From contig JBHGNT010000016.1 in the NCBI GenBank assembly GCA_043228905.1, forward strand, positions 10,788,001-10,852,000: a stretch of 64,000 nucleotides of DNA, read 5' to 3'. Each line of letters begins with the position of its first letter. Positions within the stretch are counted from its first letter, which is position 1. Of the stretch, positions 38,458 through 51,610 are shown piece by piece. Below the pieces are notes generated by a model that saw only the letters and a program-made list of their open reading frames with translations, made no database searches and had not been told where the DNA came from. Source of the DNA: Azolla caroliniana. Taxonomy: Eukaryota; Plantae; Polypodiophyta. Position numbers and translations under genes: made by a program.

Positions 38458-39101
38458 GTTTTGTGGACCTTTTCAAGTCCTCAAATGCATTGGTTCATCA
38501 ACCTATCGTCTCGCTCTTCCCGAGGCATTGAAATTCATCTAGTTTTTCATGTAAGTCGTTTAAAAGAACTTCTAGGTTTTGGCAACAATACAGTTACAAT
38601 TGAAACTCTAGCTACTTCTGAAGAATTATCTTCTAAACCACATGTACCAGAAAGAATTCTCGATGTTAAAACAAAAAATCTGCGTACTAAAATAATCTGA
38701 GAATTTAAAATTAAATGGATGGATAAATCTATTAAAGATGCCACATGGGAACGCGAAAATACTCTTAGAACTAACTTCCCTAACTTTCCATTGCAAGAGT
38801 GCAATGTTTTAAAGAGGGGGAGTATGTTACAGGCATGACAATATAATATCCCGTGGTTAGAATTTACCGTATTATTCTATACACGTGGATAAGTGTGAGG
38901 GTTAAATGAGAGTGTAAAGAAGGGGATGATTACTTTTAATCCTCGGGATTGAGACAACCCATTAGGCCAATTGTGAACTTGACAGGAACTACACGCTGCC
39001 TATGCGCAACGCTCGGCCACAACCGAGCTTAGAATCAAACACAGAAAACGGGAAATAAAGGCGCGACACAAAGGAGAGAAGAGAACACAGGATGTTAACG
39101 T

Positions 39102-42100
39102 TGTCGTGCCTTTCAGCTCCGGATCGTTGCGTGAGTTGGGTGGGAACCGCCGAGGTTTTGGACTAGGAGGAAGAAAAATACAAATAAGGCTAGTAAAGAA
39201 TATGTATAAAGAGTTATAAGATAAGAATCTTGTGAATCCCAGGAGTTTAGTATATTTAGTCAATATTTAGGTAGTAAGAGAGAATTATTTTAGCAAATTC
39301 GTGAATTCCACGAATATTTTAGATTGATTGATCATTATAGGAAAAAAAAATCAACAAAAACTACAATGTGCTCCCCATCCTTATATAGTGATGGGAGAGA
39401 CTAAGCATAGCTACATGCTTTTTTCTAATATGTTCATGCACACTAAATGTGCATGTGATGCTTTTCTAATCCTTGCTTTTATTTGCTAAATATAGTGCTC
39501 ATGCACGCTAGATGTGCATGAGTCACTTTTTAGTTGCTTGCGTTTTTCTATAAAATATTCACGCACTCTAAAAATGCATGATTTACCTTTTAATAAAGGT
39601 AGGTGCAAATAAAGCACTTATAGTTATTAAATCTATTTGTAGAAAAGTAAAGATAAGGTAGCATAATGGTAAAGTTGAGGTTTGGCTATGTGGAGGTATA
39701 GGGTTCGAATCTTGCCTTATGCGCATGATAAATATTTTGATATATTATTTATTTATTTATATGTATCTAAAATCGGATATATTATTTTATGGTTTTCACG
39801 TAGTGTGTGGAATACACTACGACACTCGCCCCCTCCGAACCCGCACATCCTCCGGTATGTGCAGAAGTTCTCGATTCCTCATATCCGTCTGCACCCAAGC
39901 TTCCTCCGATTCTCCCCTAATGTCGACTATGAGTTGTAATTCACTTTCTTCGCTTCCCACATCACCGTGGTCTTCGTTCCATTGCTCCTCGTTGTCGGCC
40001 TTGGCTTGGATCACATAGGGTTTGTCGTCGGTCCGCTTCTTGAAAATCTTCACCCGCTTCCCGGCTATAGGCACTTGTAGTATTGTTCCATCCAACTCGG
40101 ACAGTCGGTACGTTCCGTTGTCGAAGACTTTCCGAACCTCGTATGGCCCGAACCACCTTTTCGCGAATTTCCGCATCGTTGTATGTTGATGGTCCAAACT
40201 ACTGTCATAGACGATCACCCAATCTCCTTCTTCAATCCTCCTCGGTCGTAGTCGGTGCTTTGTGTCGAACCGGCTTTTGTTCCGGAACCGTGCTTCTTGT
40301 TGTCGGCGTATTGCTTCCGCTATGTCTGCCGGTCTTCCCTCTAGTTGTCGTATCCGGACCGCTAGTAGTTCTTCCCGGCTCATCTCTTCCTTCCACGGTA
40401 GCACTGTCCATGTTGCGATCGCGGTTTCCGTCGGCATTACCGGTGCTTGTCCGGTCATGAGTTCTGCCGACATGTAACCGGTTACGGAGCTATGCGTCGT
40501 CTGATCCGCCCATAGTGCATACGGAAGCATCTGCGGTCAGTCCTTCACCTTTCCATCGCATGCCTTCACAAGTGCTTTCACGATCGGACTATGTCCTCGT
40601 TCGATTTTCCCGTTGGCCTCCGGATTGTATGCCGTTGTCAACGATAACCGAACTCCGTGTTTGGCGAAGAATCCCCTAGCTTTGTCCGAGTCGAGTTCTC
40701 CCCGGTCCACAATCACTTGCCCTACGCACCCGTACCTGCAAAATACTTCCTCCAAAAGAAATTGGCATACCGCGGAACATGTTTTCCTCTGAAGCGCTCG
40801 ACCTTCTACTTGACTCGTGAGATCTTCCCGAGCTAATACCAAGTATTTCTTTTGTCCGATCCTGGTCGGCATGGCCACTATGTCGACCATCCACTTGAAG
40901 TTGATTGTCGGTGAGAATGTCGGATGTAACTCATCTCGATGTCAAACCCCGGAGTAGACTTGACATTTCTCTCAGCTTTCCGTGAACTCCGCGACATCTT
41001 TGTACATTTTCTTCCACCAATATTTTTGGTTGATCTTCACAAATGTTGCCCATGTTCCTCGGTGTCCAGCCCAATCAGATTCGTGAAACTCGAACATTAT
41101 CCGGTTTCGTTGCTCTTTTGTCCCGACTACTCGAAGTGGTATACCATCCGGTCTTCTCGGCGCCCTCCATATTAATCCGTTTTCCAAGAAGAACTTTTGG
41201 ACTTACCTCTTCTTCCTTCGGATCTCGGCTCTTCTTCCTTTATCGTTTGTTGAGTCCTCGGCCTCTTGTAACATCTTTCCGATCATCAAACTTTCTCCCT
41301 CGTATTCTTCTTCCCGGAATTCTCGGATTACGTTCACTCGGCATATGTGCTCCGACGCGAAGTAGTCTTCGGAAACTTCTTCATTATCCGATTCGGTTAT
41401 GTCGTCTCTGAACCGAGCCCTTGATAACATATCCGCTACCGCGTTGTCCTTCCCCGAGATGTGTCGAACCTCCGGATTAAGCCACTTGACATATGCAACC
41501 CACCTTAGCATAGCTACATCTGGTATCGTACAACACCGCATCATCCCGAGTATCGGAAGACAATCCGTCTCGATCACCACTTCGGCTCCGATCAAATAAT
41601 CCTGATCCGATTTTATCGCCGACACGACTCCCCACAGTTCTCTTTTGACTTGTGCATATCCACATTGCCTTTCGTTGAGAACCTTTGCTCCGAATCGGAT
41701 CGGATACCGTGAACCATCCGAGTCGGCTTGATTGATGACCCACCCGATACCGGTTGGACTTGTATCAACCGTTACTATGATCGGTCGGTCGTAGCTCGGC
41801 TTCTTAAGTGCTTCCTCCCTCCGAAGTGTCTTCTTCAATTTCTTCATGGCTTTGGTGTGTTCCGGTTTCCATTTGAATTTCTTACCTTTCCGCAACAAGT
41901 GGTAGAGCGGGTCCGCTATATGTGCATAGTGCGGAATCCATATGTGATAGAATGCACATGCACCGAGAAACCTTCGGACTTCGGATGTTGACTCGCATAT
42001 TTCCTCCATAGCTTGAATCGCATCAATCTTTGTTGGTGACAGTCTTCGGCCGTAGGGCCCACATAGATGTCCAACCACCAATATTTCTTCTTGCCCAAAT

Positions 42101-45100
42101 GCCGATTTCTCCCCGGAAAGTGTTAGGTGCACATCTTCTAGCTTTCGCAACACTTTCTCGCAATCATGAATATGGTCGACCACGAACTTTCGGCATCCCC
42201 GATCATCCATAGTCTCATCTTTTTCTTCTACTGCACATCCTTTCATCGGAATGTCATCAAGGAACGGCATCGTTATCTCCGGAATGCAGTCTCGAAGCAC
42301 CTTGTTCATCGCGTTCATCATATGAGCAACCGAGTTTGTCGCTCCTTGTGGTAGTGTGCACATTCGGACTAATCCTATCGGTGTTCGCATGGTTGTGATG
42401 TCTCGGCTCTCCACGGCTAGTTGGAATTGGTCATACCCCGAGTATAGGTCTCCGATGGAGTATATCGCACGACCGGCAAAAGCTTCCGCAAATTCGTCCA
42501 CTATCGGACCGACTCCCAAGTTCCGGATCGTGACCTTATTCACCGGTTGCAAGTATTGGATAAATCAGAGTGACCCATTCTTCTTCGGAACCGTAAACCA
42601 TCGATTTGAGTACGGAGCAGTTGATGGCTCTAGAATCCCCATCGCCACCTTCTCCTTGAGCAAGTCAATGACTTTCGGAATATGCGCTCGTGGCACCGGA
42701 ATCGGCTTCAGGTTCCACGGTACATGGTCAATCGTGAAGATCACCATCAGCTCCACTATTCTCGGATCGACGCACCCTATCTCCCTTGATGTAAATGCAA
42801 ACGCTTTGCCGTGTTGCTCCAACATCTCGCGAAACCGTTCTTCTTCTTTTTGTAATAGGAACCCACCTCCACCAATCCGAAGTTTCTTCCGGGTCTCATC
42901 CGTGAAGGCATGTCTGATATCCACGGACTTCCGAAGTGTCGGATCTCCCGAGACTTCTTTCCTCTTTTGTTCGCTATCGGCGGGTAGTGGTCCCGCAGCC
43001 GGTTTCACCTTCTTCTCCACGGTCTTGTATTTCGTACTTACCATTGCTTCTTCTTTGCGGAGCGTATCCGGCTCCATTTCCACAATGATCTCGTACATCT
43101 CGACCGATTCCACCGGGACTACCTGGTTCCCTTGGCTTTTATCTTCCGCAAGCTCTTCAAGTCGTTGTAGCGTGCTCCCATAGAACACTTCTTCGACTAT
43201 CCCCATGATTTCTTCATCTTCTTTTATTATTGATGCCGACCGCAACTTATCCTCCACTTGTCGGTATCCTTTCTTCAATCCTCCGGTTACGGTCGTGTAC
43301 GTAGATGCCCCATCTGGACCGATTCGTACATGTTTTGCTCCGAGAGTTTCCTTCCTATGTGGGGTATCAAGGCTTCTCGGACTATCACTTCCCCACTCCG
43401 CAACAGTCCGCTTTAAAAATCCATTCTCACTTGGGACAAGAGTTCCCTCTTGTTCCTTTCGTGATTTGCCGGCACCGTTAGGAATTGGACGGATTTCCCA
43501 CCGTTTTGGCTCCGAATTCGCGCAAAAGCCGCACCGCTATCGAGCACCTTCGTCTCCATCCATGATGCCGTGATAAAGGGTTGGCCGAGGATGACGGAAT
43601 GTGAAACCTCATCTTGCACGAAGAAATTTTGGTCGATCTCGACATCCTCGATCTTCACCGTCACATCCGGACAAGCCGCAAATAGATCTTCCGTTGCTTT
43701 GGTGGCCGCCCGAATCTTCCATCCATGGTTGGTGTTAATAGGCCACTTCCCCTTCCGGTAGAACTCCTTGGACATCAAGTTGACCTCCGATCCGTGATCA
43801 ATCAATGCTAGCACGGGTTCTTTGATGTTGCCGATTCGGACCGGAGTCTCCGTAGTCGCGCGTGCCCAATGTGGCCTTGTATAGTGGGAGTTCGGAATTT
43901 CGTTCTCCACTTCGGTGTCGTTCATTAAAACGGTGTTCGCATTCACCCTTGGAGCATTTTCCTCCGTACTTTGTCTTTTTCGCTTCACGAGATCCACGAG
44001 AAGATCGTGGAACTCCTTCTTTGCTATTCCGAGTAGCTCCCGAAGCGAGAAATCTACCCGGCTATCCAAGATCCTTTCCTCGAATACTCTTTTCAAGTCG
44101 GTTTGTTGTTCTATGTCCGAGGCCGGTTTCCCTCGTAGTAGATGAGATCCCGCCGTAGCGCCTCCTTATGCTCGTCGCAATCCCTCCGATCGTGTTCGGC
44201 GCTATCGCACCATATGCACCGTCGGTCCGTATACTTGGAGCTTGTGGGGCGGTCATCCGACTTCTTCACCATCGCGATCTTCAGATTCTCCATCTCCTTC
44301 AATAGTTGCTCCACGGTAGATGCATCAATCCCCTTCTCGGTTGTAGTCTCCCGAGCCCTCGGTTGATGGTCTTCCAATCCGGTTCTCGGTTTCGGAATCG
44401 GTTCCGAAACCCTCTTTTCCTCGTTGGCAAGCCATTGCCCCCTCTTCGTGTATCGCGCAACGATATCCCGCACGCTTTTCCATGTTTCGGTGAGGCCACT
44501 CTCCGTGGTCGTGTCCTCCAAGAGCACTCCGAGATCTTTCCGGTCCCGGATGTCCATGGCTCGCAAGAACATGATCACCTTGTCCGGTACGAGGATAGCT
44601 TGATCTCTCGCGGACAACCTCCCGCAGCGGCTTTCGAATGCCGAAAACACATCAACGACCTTCAATCCCTTGTCCGGCATCTCCACCCAATCTTCGAATC
44701 CCCTTCGCGTCGCCTTGGAGGAATCCTCGATGGTGAACGTCCTCTTTAGCTCTTCTTCAAACGCTTCCCATGTCGGATTTTGTTGTCGTAGCCCATGGAT
44801 GCTTGCTTGAAGCCCGTCGGTCGCCACCCGATTGAAGGACGTCACTTGCAGTCCTTCCGATATTCCGCACCGTAGCATCTCCGCCTTGTAGTCCCGAAGA
44901 TACCGTGACACATCTTTCCCGTTGAATTGCCCGTTTAGTTGCACGAGCCGCTCCACTGATGCCGCTATCTCCGACATCACGCGTTGTCCTTGTAGCATGC
45001 GCTCGAACATCATCATCATGTTCCTAGCCTCCGGTTGATTTTCCATCTCCCTGCCACCCGGTTTTCACGTCGGGTTCACCAACTGTGTCGTGCCTTTCGG

Positions 45101-45808
45101 CTCCGGATCGTTGCGTGAGTCGGGTGGGAACCGCCGAGGTTTTGGACTAGGAGGAAGAAAAATACAAATAAGGCTAGTAAAGAATAGGTATAAAGAGTTA
45201 TAAGATAAGAATCTTGTGAATCCCACGAGTTTAGTATATTTAGTCAATATTTAGGTAGTAAGAGAGAATTATTTTAGCAAATTCGTGAATCCCACGAATA
45301 TTTTAGATTGATTGATCATTATTGGAAAAAAAAATCAACAAAAACTACAATGTGCTCCCCATCCTTACATAGTGATGGGAGAGACTAAGCATAGCTACAT
45401 GCTTTTTTCTAATATGTTCATGCACACTAAATGTGCATGTGATGCTTTTCTAATCCTTGCTTTTATTTGCTAAATATAGTGCTCATGCACGCTAGATGTG
45501 CATGAGTCACTTTTTAGTTGCTTGCGTTTTTCTATAAAATATTCACGCACTCTAAAAATGCATGATTTACCTTTTAATAAAGGTAGGCGCAAATAAAGCA
45601 CTTATAGTTATTAAATCTATTTGTAAAACACTAAAGATAAGGTAGCATAATGGTAAAGTTGAGGTTTGGCTATGTGGAGGTATAGGGTTTAAATCTTGCC
45701 TTATGTGCGTGATAAATATTTTGATATATTAATTATTTATTTATATGTATCTAAAATCGGATATATTATTTTATGGTTTTCACGTAGTGTGTGGAATACA
45801 CTACGACA
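39102..45808 (-). mobile_element. Full-length tRNA-Trp-primed Ty3/Gypsy element D, nested in the solo LTR
   Basis: 723-bp LTRs 39102-39824 and 45086-45808. TSD ACGT. PBS 45064-45081. PPT GGAGGGGGCGAG. gag 44111-45046, PR LIDHGSEVNLM, RT FLDDI, RH VDTSPTG, IN 39817-41187. Confidence 0.97.
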
Positions 45809-46149
45809 ACGTGGAAAACCCAAACTAGGGAAAAACCACGGCAACCCATAGACTGCAAACTATCACTATGTCACAATGTACAAATGGTAAAGCACCGAAG
45901 CAACGACCTCGAGCTTTCTATCTTCGCCACAGGCGGCGGTTACAACAGAGGCAACGACCTCTTCTTCACTCTCACTCTCTCTATACACAGTTGCGCGCTC
46001 TAATCTTGCGCCAACAAGAAATAGCAACAACTGGAGACTAAGTTTGCCCTAAGTCATATTTATACTAATATGACTTTTCGGCTATTTACAAATATAGCCC
46101 CGATGGAATCTCAGAAACATATTTACAAATATGTCCCTTCATCCAGTGA

Positions 46150-46415
46150 GCACTCCTCACCGGGCCTGCATCATCCGGCGCTTGCTAGGCACACCTCATC
46201 CGGTTCTCACCGGGTCTTCCGTAGCCGGGTACTCCTCATCCGGTTCTCACCGGGTCTTCATCATCCGGTTCTCACCGGGTCATCCGTAGCCGGGCACTCC
46301 TCATCCGGTTCTCACCGGGTCTTCATCATCCGGTTCTCACCGGGTCATCCGTAGCCGGGTACTCCTCATCCGGTTCTCACCAGGTCTTCCGTTGTCGGGC
46401 ACTCCTCATCCGGAG
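46150..46415. repeat. Composite tandem repeat inside the solo LTR
   Basis: Alternating TCATCCGGTTCTCACCGGGTC and CGTAGCCGGG(C/T)ACTCC modules. Confidence 0.85.
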
Positions 46416-48189
46416 GGACCTGTTTCCTAATAGAACTTGCATGGGGGCATTGGATATCGCTATAAATATGAGGCCTAGCTACCCTCATTTCATCATATCT
46501 TGACTACTTCGAGACTCTGTTTCTTGGTGGGTCAACTCTTGTAGCGAGCGCGCCAGCAACAGGTACGACTCGAAGCCACCACGGTGGTATGGGATGCTGA
46601 TCGAGGCTCGAGTCCGTCTCGATCCCTTCGTTCGGGGGTGTTCGGGTGGATTGATACCCTTCTTTCTCTCACTCCTTTCTATCTATCTTTTATCCTTATC
46701 ATATGCTTACTTTAGATCATAACTCTAACAAACAGTGTTTCGAGGACACCATTCTTGACACCAAGTAGGACAACAACTCCTTCAAAACCACAACCACAAC
46801 CACTAGAACCAAAATGATCACCATCACTAGGAACACCTATATGCAATATCGTGGGTGCCTTGTAGGACCTTGACATATCAAACATGACGTCTTGCTCCCA
46901 ACAATGATACACATTCCACAAAATGTAGGTAGGTGTACACTGTATAGTTTATTGCATTCTTTCTTTAACTGACTTCTTAATGATTAATTAAAAATGTTGT
47001 TTTCTTTTGTTAGGACATACTAGAGTCATGCCAAAAGTTGTACCAACCGACATCTGGCATGGCTTGAAATATAGAAGATGGTGGATCAACGAACACACCA
47101 ACAACTTCAACATGATAATGTGTCGGTCCATAAAAATCGAATGCAATCTTGTTTGAGAACCTTGAATTGCCTCATGATAGGGTGGGGTTATGTTATCCAA
47201 GAGGTTAGATGACCTTTTGGGTTCCTATCTCTTTAGAAACCCATCGGAAGTAAGTGAAGATGTTTGTGACATTTTTCTCAATCTTTTAATATGGTTATTA
47301 CAATTGGAGAACTATCTCCATTTCCTGATGTAGGGATGCAATGAAAGTCACAAGAAGTACATCATCAAGGGTCTACAATGAGAGTTTGGAACATGGTGTG
47401 AAATGAAGACCATCTTGAAAGAGATCTTCGCTTTCTCTTGCGCAATAGGTGGGTACCAATTATAGTTAATCTCTATCACAAATAACTTGTAGGTAGTTGA
47501 CAGTTATGACAGTGAACATTTAGAATGAGGAATATTAAATTTGAAAGACACATTCAAATGCCTTTCTAAGGTTTGGTTCTTGTAGCTCCTTGCCCTCCAG
47601 AATATGCCTTCTCAATTAAAGATGCATATCAAGATTTTGATTTCTTTGTTGTCTTTAATAAGCTCATGTCCCTTAATCTCCATGATTTCAAGTGAAACTT
47701 CTATTTCAAAGTTCTCGACATCCCCTAAGTCCTCTTGTGCCCTAGATTTGTGACCTCGTCTTCATCATCATCTCTATCCTCTTGATCATTTAATGTGACA
47801 ATGTTTAAGGTGTTGATGAAGGAGACATTTTGTTCCATGTGTAGAATTGGCCACCACAAGGTCCTATCTAGTTAGAATCCTTGTAGAAGAAGGCTTGATT
47901 ACAATGGACTGGAAAAATATAGGGTTGCTTATTAGCTCGTAGAAGTTTTGTAGAGTCCACAAACAAAAAACTCAATGGTTTAATGCACATGAACCTTTGT
48001 ACTCTGCTTGAAAACAATCTACTTTGACAATGACATGTACTATAAAATGGAAAATTGATGGGAATTAAATGAAACATAGAGAACACGACAATTCTTTACA
48101 ATTACTTGTTTCATCACTTGGAATCCAACTTCATAGATATCTTGTACAATTCTTGTGTATCTAGTACCATATTCAATCAAGTTGGCATC

Positions 48190-48788
48190 TGTAAAGAATA
48201 AATGATGATTCTCTACAGCGGAAGAACTGTGTGTGTGTGTTGAGAGAGAGAGAGAGAGAGAGAGAGTTACAAAAGAACAATAAAACTATATTTACAAGGA
48301 AAACAAGAATGTCCAACAACATTACAAAGAGAAGGAGAAGGTGCTTATGTAGTCATCTTCTCTCTAAGTTCTCTCACTAATACCTCTTTTTGGGAAAGAG
48401 GTCGTGTCTTAATTACTTAAAGAATATGTGTCATAGGACATTAACTTCTATGACACACTAGTTACTATACAAAGAGGTGGGGTGTTCACACACGTGAGTA
48501 TCCTCGAGTGTGTTCCCACTCACGAGAAGTTGATTTTGATTCTAAACAAGCCCCTTCAAACGCAACTTCCGGATGCCAAAAAGTTGGTTCAGTTCGGTCT
48601 TCGAGATTCTTCGATTCGGTTGTTTGGCTGCATCGGCTTCGGCTTAACCAACTTCCGATCGTCGGATGGTTGGTTCAGACTAGTCTTTCGTACTCCTACT
48701 CTCCTTGCTCCCCCTCAAGCTCGGTTGGTCGATGGTCGAAAGACCCAGGTTCGTCGTGAACTACCACAGCTTGTCGACTCAGACCAGT
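48190..48788 (-). mobile_element. Copia 3' end: LTR-like segment plus 3' internal piece
   Basis: TGTAAAGAA start, (TG)n and (AG)n like the LTR at 2209. GAGCTTGAGGGGGAG on minus at ~48707-48721, as in the Copia at 18735. Confidence 0.5.
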
Positions 48789-51325
48789 TGCTAAGTGACA
48801 AGCTCAACATTAGGTGCGTAACACGGTGCGTAACCCAGTGTGTAGATTGGGTGCTTAAAACAGTACGCATAACGTGGCCGTATCGGTGCGTAAACCGAAA
48901 GGCCGTTAGTATGGTATTCCTTGTAAGGAATAATTTTGGGAGTTAGTGTAGTAAGCTCATTTATGAGCAATCAAGTACTGTCAATACTGGTGTCAGCCCG
49001 ATAGTCAGGGCTTGTATAAAATGTGCTCATTGAGCACGAAATATGTACAAAGGGTCATAATTTTGAAATAGAACTGAGTTGTCTGCTCTCTCTCTCTCTG
49101 TCTCTCCCTCTCCCTCTCCATCTCTGCATTTTCTATGTTTTTTACCAAACTCTCATTCTCTGAAATGTGTACTCTGTGTTTCGCATACGCTTCCACACAC
49201 GTATTCTTTTACATGGTATCAGAGCGCAGGGTTGAAGTCCTCTGCAACCGACATAAAAGCTTGCGACAGAGACATAGTTGAGTTGGTATTCTTGGCTTTC
49301 GGTAAAGATAAGACAGCAACATGGACAGAGGAATCGGAAGCTCATTACCAATTGAGAAGCTCGACAAGAGCAACTGCACATCTTGGTCATACAAGATGCA
49401 CCAGTACCTGCTTGGTCATGGCTACTGGAGTTATGTCAAAGGAGATAATGATACAACACCTGAATCGACACACAGGGATTTTTCGTCTTGGGAACAAGTG
49501 GCAAGTAGAGTTCTCTACTGCTTTGTGTCCTTGTGAGTGACCAGCTATTGAGCCATATTCGGGAAGCCAAGACGCCAAAGGACGCATGGGCGAATCTTAA
49601 GAAGATTTTCGCCGCTAGCACCACAACCAGGAAGCTTCAACTCAGGCAGGAGTTGAGCAATGTTCGACAACGAGATATGTCGATGGCTGATTACAACTCC
49701 AAGATCAAAGAAATCTATGACTCTCTCGCCTCCGTCAAAGTGAACGTCGAGGAAGATGAGATGGTGCAGGTTTGTCTAGGTGGGTTAGCGTCAAAGTTCG
49801 AAGCGTTCCGAACGACAGTCTGTACGAGGGAGAATACGCCTACATTCTTCGAGCTTCATTCAATGTTGCTTGTGGAGGAAAATCATGTGGGTGCGTCGAC
49901 GAGTACGCACGCCGACGGCAAGATGCTATACACGGAGGGAGATAGGCCCTGTGGTCGTGGCGGACAGGATGGATCGGCACGTAATGGAGGCAGCCAAAAA
50001 GAACAAAATGGACGGGATAATCGAAATGTTGGCAACAATTCCGAACCCTCCGGAAGTAGGGGGAGTCATGGCACCGGAAGCTGGCAAGAGAAGGTCGTGA
50101 TAGAATGCTGGTACTGTGGCAAGAAAGGCCATAAGGAGAGCGAGTGCTAGAAAAAGAAAGCCGATTCGGACAAAGCTGGATCGAGTGGAAGCGAGGCAGG
50201 AAGGCGTTAAAAGTCGCACTACGCTGAGGACTTTGAACGAGCCGGAAATGGATCGGGCCCTGCCTTCGTAATGAAGCACAAGGCCAATTCAATGGACGTG
50301 AACACCTTGAAATCGAGCGAGGTGTGGTATGTTGATTCCGGAGTGTCAAATCATATGACGAGTCACGAGGAATGGTTCTCGTACTTAGACAAGACGGAAA
50401 AGCAAGGACTAGTCGAAACAGGAGACGACACTCCGCATACAATCGAACATGTCGGTGAAGTTCCCCTCATCCATGTCGTGTAAAAAGGGAAACTCTTGAA
50501 CTTGCTACATGTCCCGACAATAACCAAGAACCTTGTGTCGGTTGGACAGATTGTCGACCAAGGTATGCAAGTTCGATTCACGCATCTTGGTTGCTTCATA
50601 GAAGAGGAGGGCAAAGTAATTGCGCAAGGGCGCCGTGAAGGGAGGATATTTATCCTCGACACTAATCAAGTCGGCACCGCGTTGTACGTGAAAGGGCAGA
50701 AGGTCGAGTCGGACATCGACCTGTGGCATAAGCGGTTCGGCCATATTAACTTCTCACGGCTTCATGAAATGCAGACGAAGAACATTGTGTTCGACTTGCC
50801 GAAATTTAGAGGCCGGAATGGCCAAGTCTGTGAAGCCTGCCAGATGGGAAAACATCACCAACTTCCATTCCCCAACGAGCGTAATCGTAGTTGAAATTCA
50901 CTGGATTTGATCCATTCAGATGTGTGGGGTCTAGCATAGAACGTGAGTCTCGGTGGAAGCTGTTACTTTGTAACCTTCATCGACGACTTCACTAGGCACA
51001 CGTGGGTATGCACGATTGTGAAGAAGAGTGAAGTCTTCGCATGTTTCCTGAAGGTGAAGAGCCTTGCGGAAAGGGAAACAGGGCGTAAGATCAAATGCCT
51101 ATCGTCCGATGGCGGGAAGGAGTACTTCTCCGACTAGTTCATAAGTTATCTACAGAAGGAGGGAATTCGGCGCGAATTCTCGTGTAGATAGATGTTGCAG
51201 CAGAACGGCGTGGATGAGCGGAAGAATCAGACAATCGAAGAAGCGGCCAGGAAAATGCTTGCAGAGAAGCATATGCCGAAATGCTATTGGGCTGAAGCCG
51301 TGAGGACGGTTGTCTACCTACAGAA
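48789..51325 (+). mobile_element. 5' half of a Ty1/Copia element
   Basis: LTR ~48789-49213, PBS TGGTATCAGAGC 49214-49225, then gag, PR (WYVDSG) and integrase core, truncated near 51325. Confidence 0.9.
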
Positions 51326-51329
51326 ATTG

Positions 51330-51610
51330 TCATATTGTTGTATGTGCCTAACTACTGTACAGAGAGAGCGAGAGAGTAGCTACGAGCACTCTCTGTTGTA
51401 ACCGCCGTCTAGCAAAGATCGCGAGCACGAGATCGTTTCCTATATGCCTCCACTTTGTATTTTCCTCTCATATAGTGATAGTTGGAGTCCGTGGGCTCCC
51501 GTGGTTTTTTCTCTATTAGGGTTTTTCCACTTAAACATCCTGTGTCATTTCTGTGTACTCTCTTGTTCATTCCCATTTCTATGATTCAAGACTTGGTTGT
51601 GGCCGAGCGA
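51330..51610 (+). mobile_element. LTR fragment related to solo LTR 38980-46432
   Basis: Shares TTGTAACCGCCG, CCGTGGTTTTT, AACATCCTGTGT and GGTTGTGGCCGAGCG with the reverse complement of that LTR. Confidence 0.7.

Larger units (their letters stand above)
38980..46432 (-). mobile_element. Solo LTR (~740 bp without its insertion) inside the 3' LTR of E
   Basis: TSD GAACT at 38975-38979 and 46433-46437. Termini TGACAGGAA...TTCCTAATA. GGGTTTTCCACGTTAA motif on minus. Related LTR piece at ~51330-51610. Confidence 0.8.
26002..46730 (+). mobile_element. Rearranged chromovirus-type Gypsy (element E), host of a nested cluster
   Basis: RNase H (ETDASDYAIG..IAFESKKL) from ~26150, integrase at 32318-33229, chromodomain at 38640-38790, PPT 38812-38824, 3' LTR 38825-38979 + 46438-46730. 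Left end is an inverted copy of the LTR 3' end. Flanks AACAT/AACAG. Confidence 0.85.

Noticed and set aside
39652-39720. Possible true tRNA gene in LTR D
   Set aside because: No convincing anticodon arm, and the sister LTR has a decayed B box. Treated as a tRNA-like module only.
42356-43183. 275-aa plus-strand ORF antisense to pol of D, and similar antisense ORFs elsewhere
   Set aside because: Shadow of the coding strand with no recognisable motifs.
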